From a virus (Duplodnaviria; Caudoviricetes), in IMG/VR virus record IMGVR_UViG_3300021960_000017: DNA of 64,000 nt; one strand, given 5' to 3'. The notes under the pieces were generated by a model that saw nothing but the letters and a program-made list of their open reading frames with translations, made no database searches and was not told where the DNA came from. Of the stretch, positions 63,326-64,000 are shown one piece after another (the stretch's first letter is position 1; every line of letters begins with the position of its first letter). The position numbers were made by a program, and so were the translations under genes.

Positions 63326-64000
63326 ATCTTTTTAATAGACTTAAATTTGGTGATAGTTTTTGTGTATTGCCTTTCATTCATAAGCATGTGGATACAGGAG
63401 GTGAACGACGTTTATGTTGTAATTCTGAACAATCTGTAACACAAGATAGAATAAACAAAGTACGTCAGTTGATGTTAGCAGGTAATCCAGTAAGTGAATG
63501 TGAAAATTGCGTAGATTGTGAATCCACAAATAAAATAAGTGAAAGACAAAATCAGTCTAAAGATTGGTTAAAAAATACAGATATTAAAAACTGGATCCAA
63601 AATTGCACTGAGGTAAGTTACGATTTCAGATATAGTAATCTTTGCAACCTAAGATGTCAAACATGCGGCCCCCGTGCTAGCAGTGCTTGGGCGGAATTTT
63701 TGCAAAAAAATGATGTGTATAAAAATTGGGAACCGGATAGTATTGATATAAATCCAGATGCTAAACGCATCTATCTCGCCGGAGGTGAACCCTTTCTTAT
63801 TAAGTCTTTTAGTAGAGCTCTAGATAGTGTTACTAATACCAATTGTGAAATAGTAGTAAACACAAATGCTACTATTTTAACAAATCATATGATTGAAGCA
63901 TTATCTAGATTTACAAATGTTTGCTTTGTGTTAAGCATAGATGGCATAGGGCCTGTAATAGAACAAATACGCACCGGCTGTAATTGGAAAACAATACAGG
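63313..64000 (+). CDS. radical SAM protein with Twitch/SPASM-like N-terminus (runs off the window end)
   Basis: FCVLPF..CC..C..C; NLCNLRCQTC; YLAGGEP. Confidence 0.85.
   Translation, partial: MSDINLFNRLKFGDSFCVLPFIHKHVDTGGERRLCCNSEQSVTQDRINKVRQLMLAGNPVSECENCVDCESTNKISERQNQSKDWLKNTDIKNWIQNCTEVSYDFRYSNLCNLRCQTCGPRASSAWAEFLQKNDVYKNWEPDSIDINPDAKRIYLAGGEPFLIKSFSRALDSVTNTNCEIVVNTNATILTNHMIEALSRFTNVCFVLSIDGIGPVIEQIRTGCNWKTIQ

Noticed and set aside
1-64000. CRISPR array or long tandem DNA repeats
   Set aside because: No regularly spaced direct repeats seen; the repetitive tracts (curlins, Thr-rich stalk, Ig repeats) are protein-level and degenerate in DNA
1-64000. Stop-codon reassignment (seen in some large phages)
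   Set aside because: Recognisable genes are full length under the standard code, and none of the 9 tRNAs has a suppressor anticodon

Overview
This is a gene-dense, AT-rich 64 kb segment of a large tailed dsDNA phage genome, mostly coded on the + strand. It has T4-like late promoters (TAAATA), sigma70-like early promoters, a clamp loader, a DnaE fragment and Ig-like virion proteins. The accessory genes (17-kDa antigen-like lipoprotein, DUF1127, bS21, IbpA, TctA/TctC) suggest an aquatic alphaproteobacterial host; this is an inference. Contents: 9 tRNAs; translation and proteostasis genes (rpsU, infA, ArfA-like, Hsp20, ClpS, GroES); metabolic genes (guaC, two speD-like, gcvH, rpiB, IscA, uvsE); and glycan/cofactor-modification enzymes. 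Two larger modules stand out: a ~10 kb late-promoter curli-like secretion and signalling locus (CsgF, CsgG, two curlins, FecR, autotransporter, CHASE2 adenylate cyclase, BTLCP protease) and a TctA-TctC-PxpB-PxpC-PP-loop operon. Signals hidden from the ORF track: a textbook -1 frameshift site at 7983-8026, an apparently intact tRNA-Trp nested in frame inside a protein gene (27727-27801), a ubiquitin-like domain on a lectin-like protein, an ArfA-like small ORF, and several candidate structured RNAs. All product calls come from motif recognition by eye; no database searches were run.
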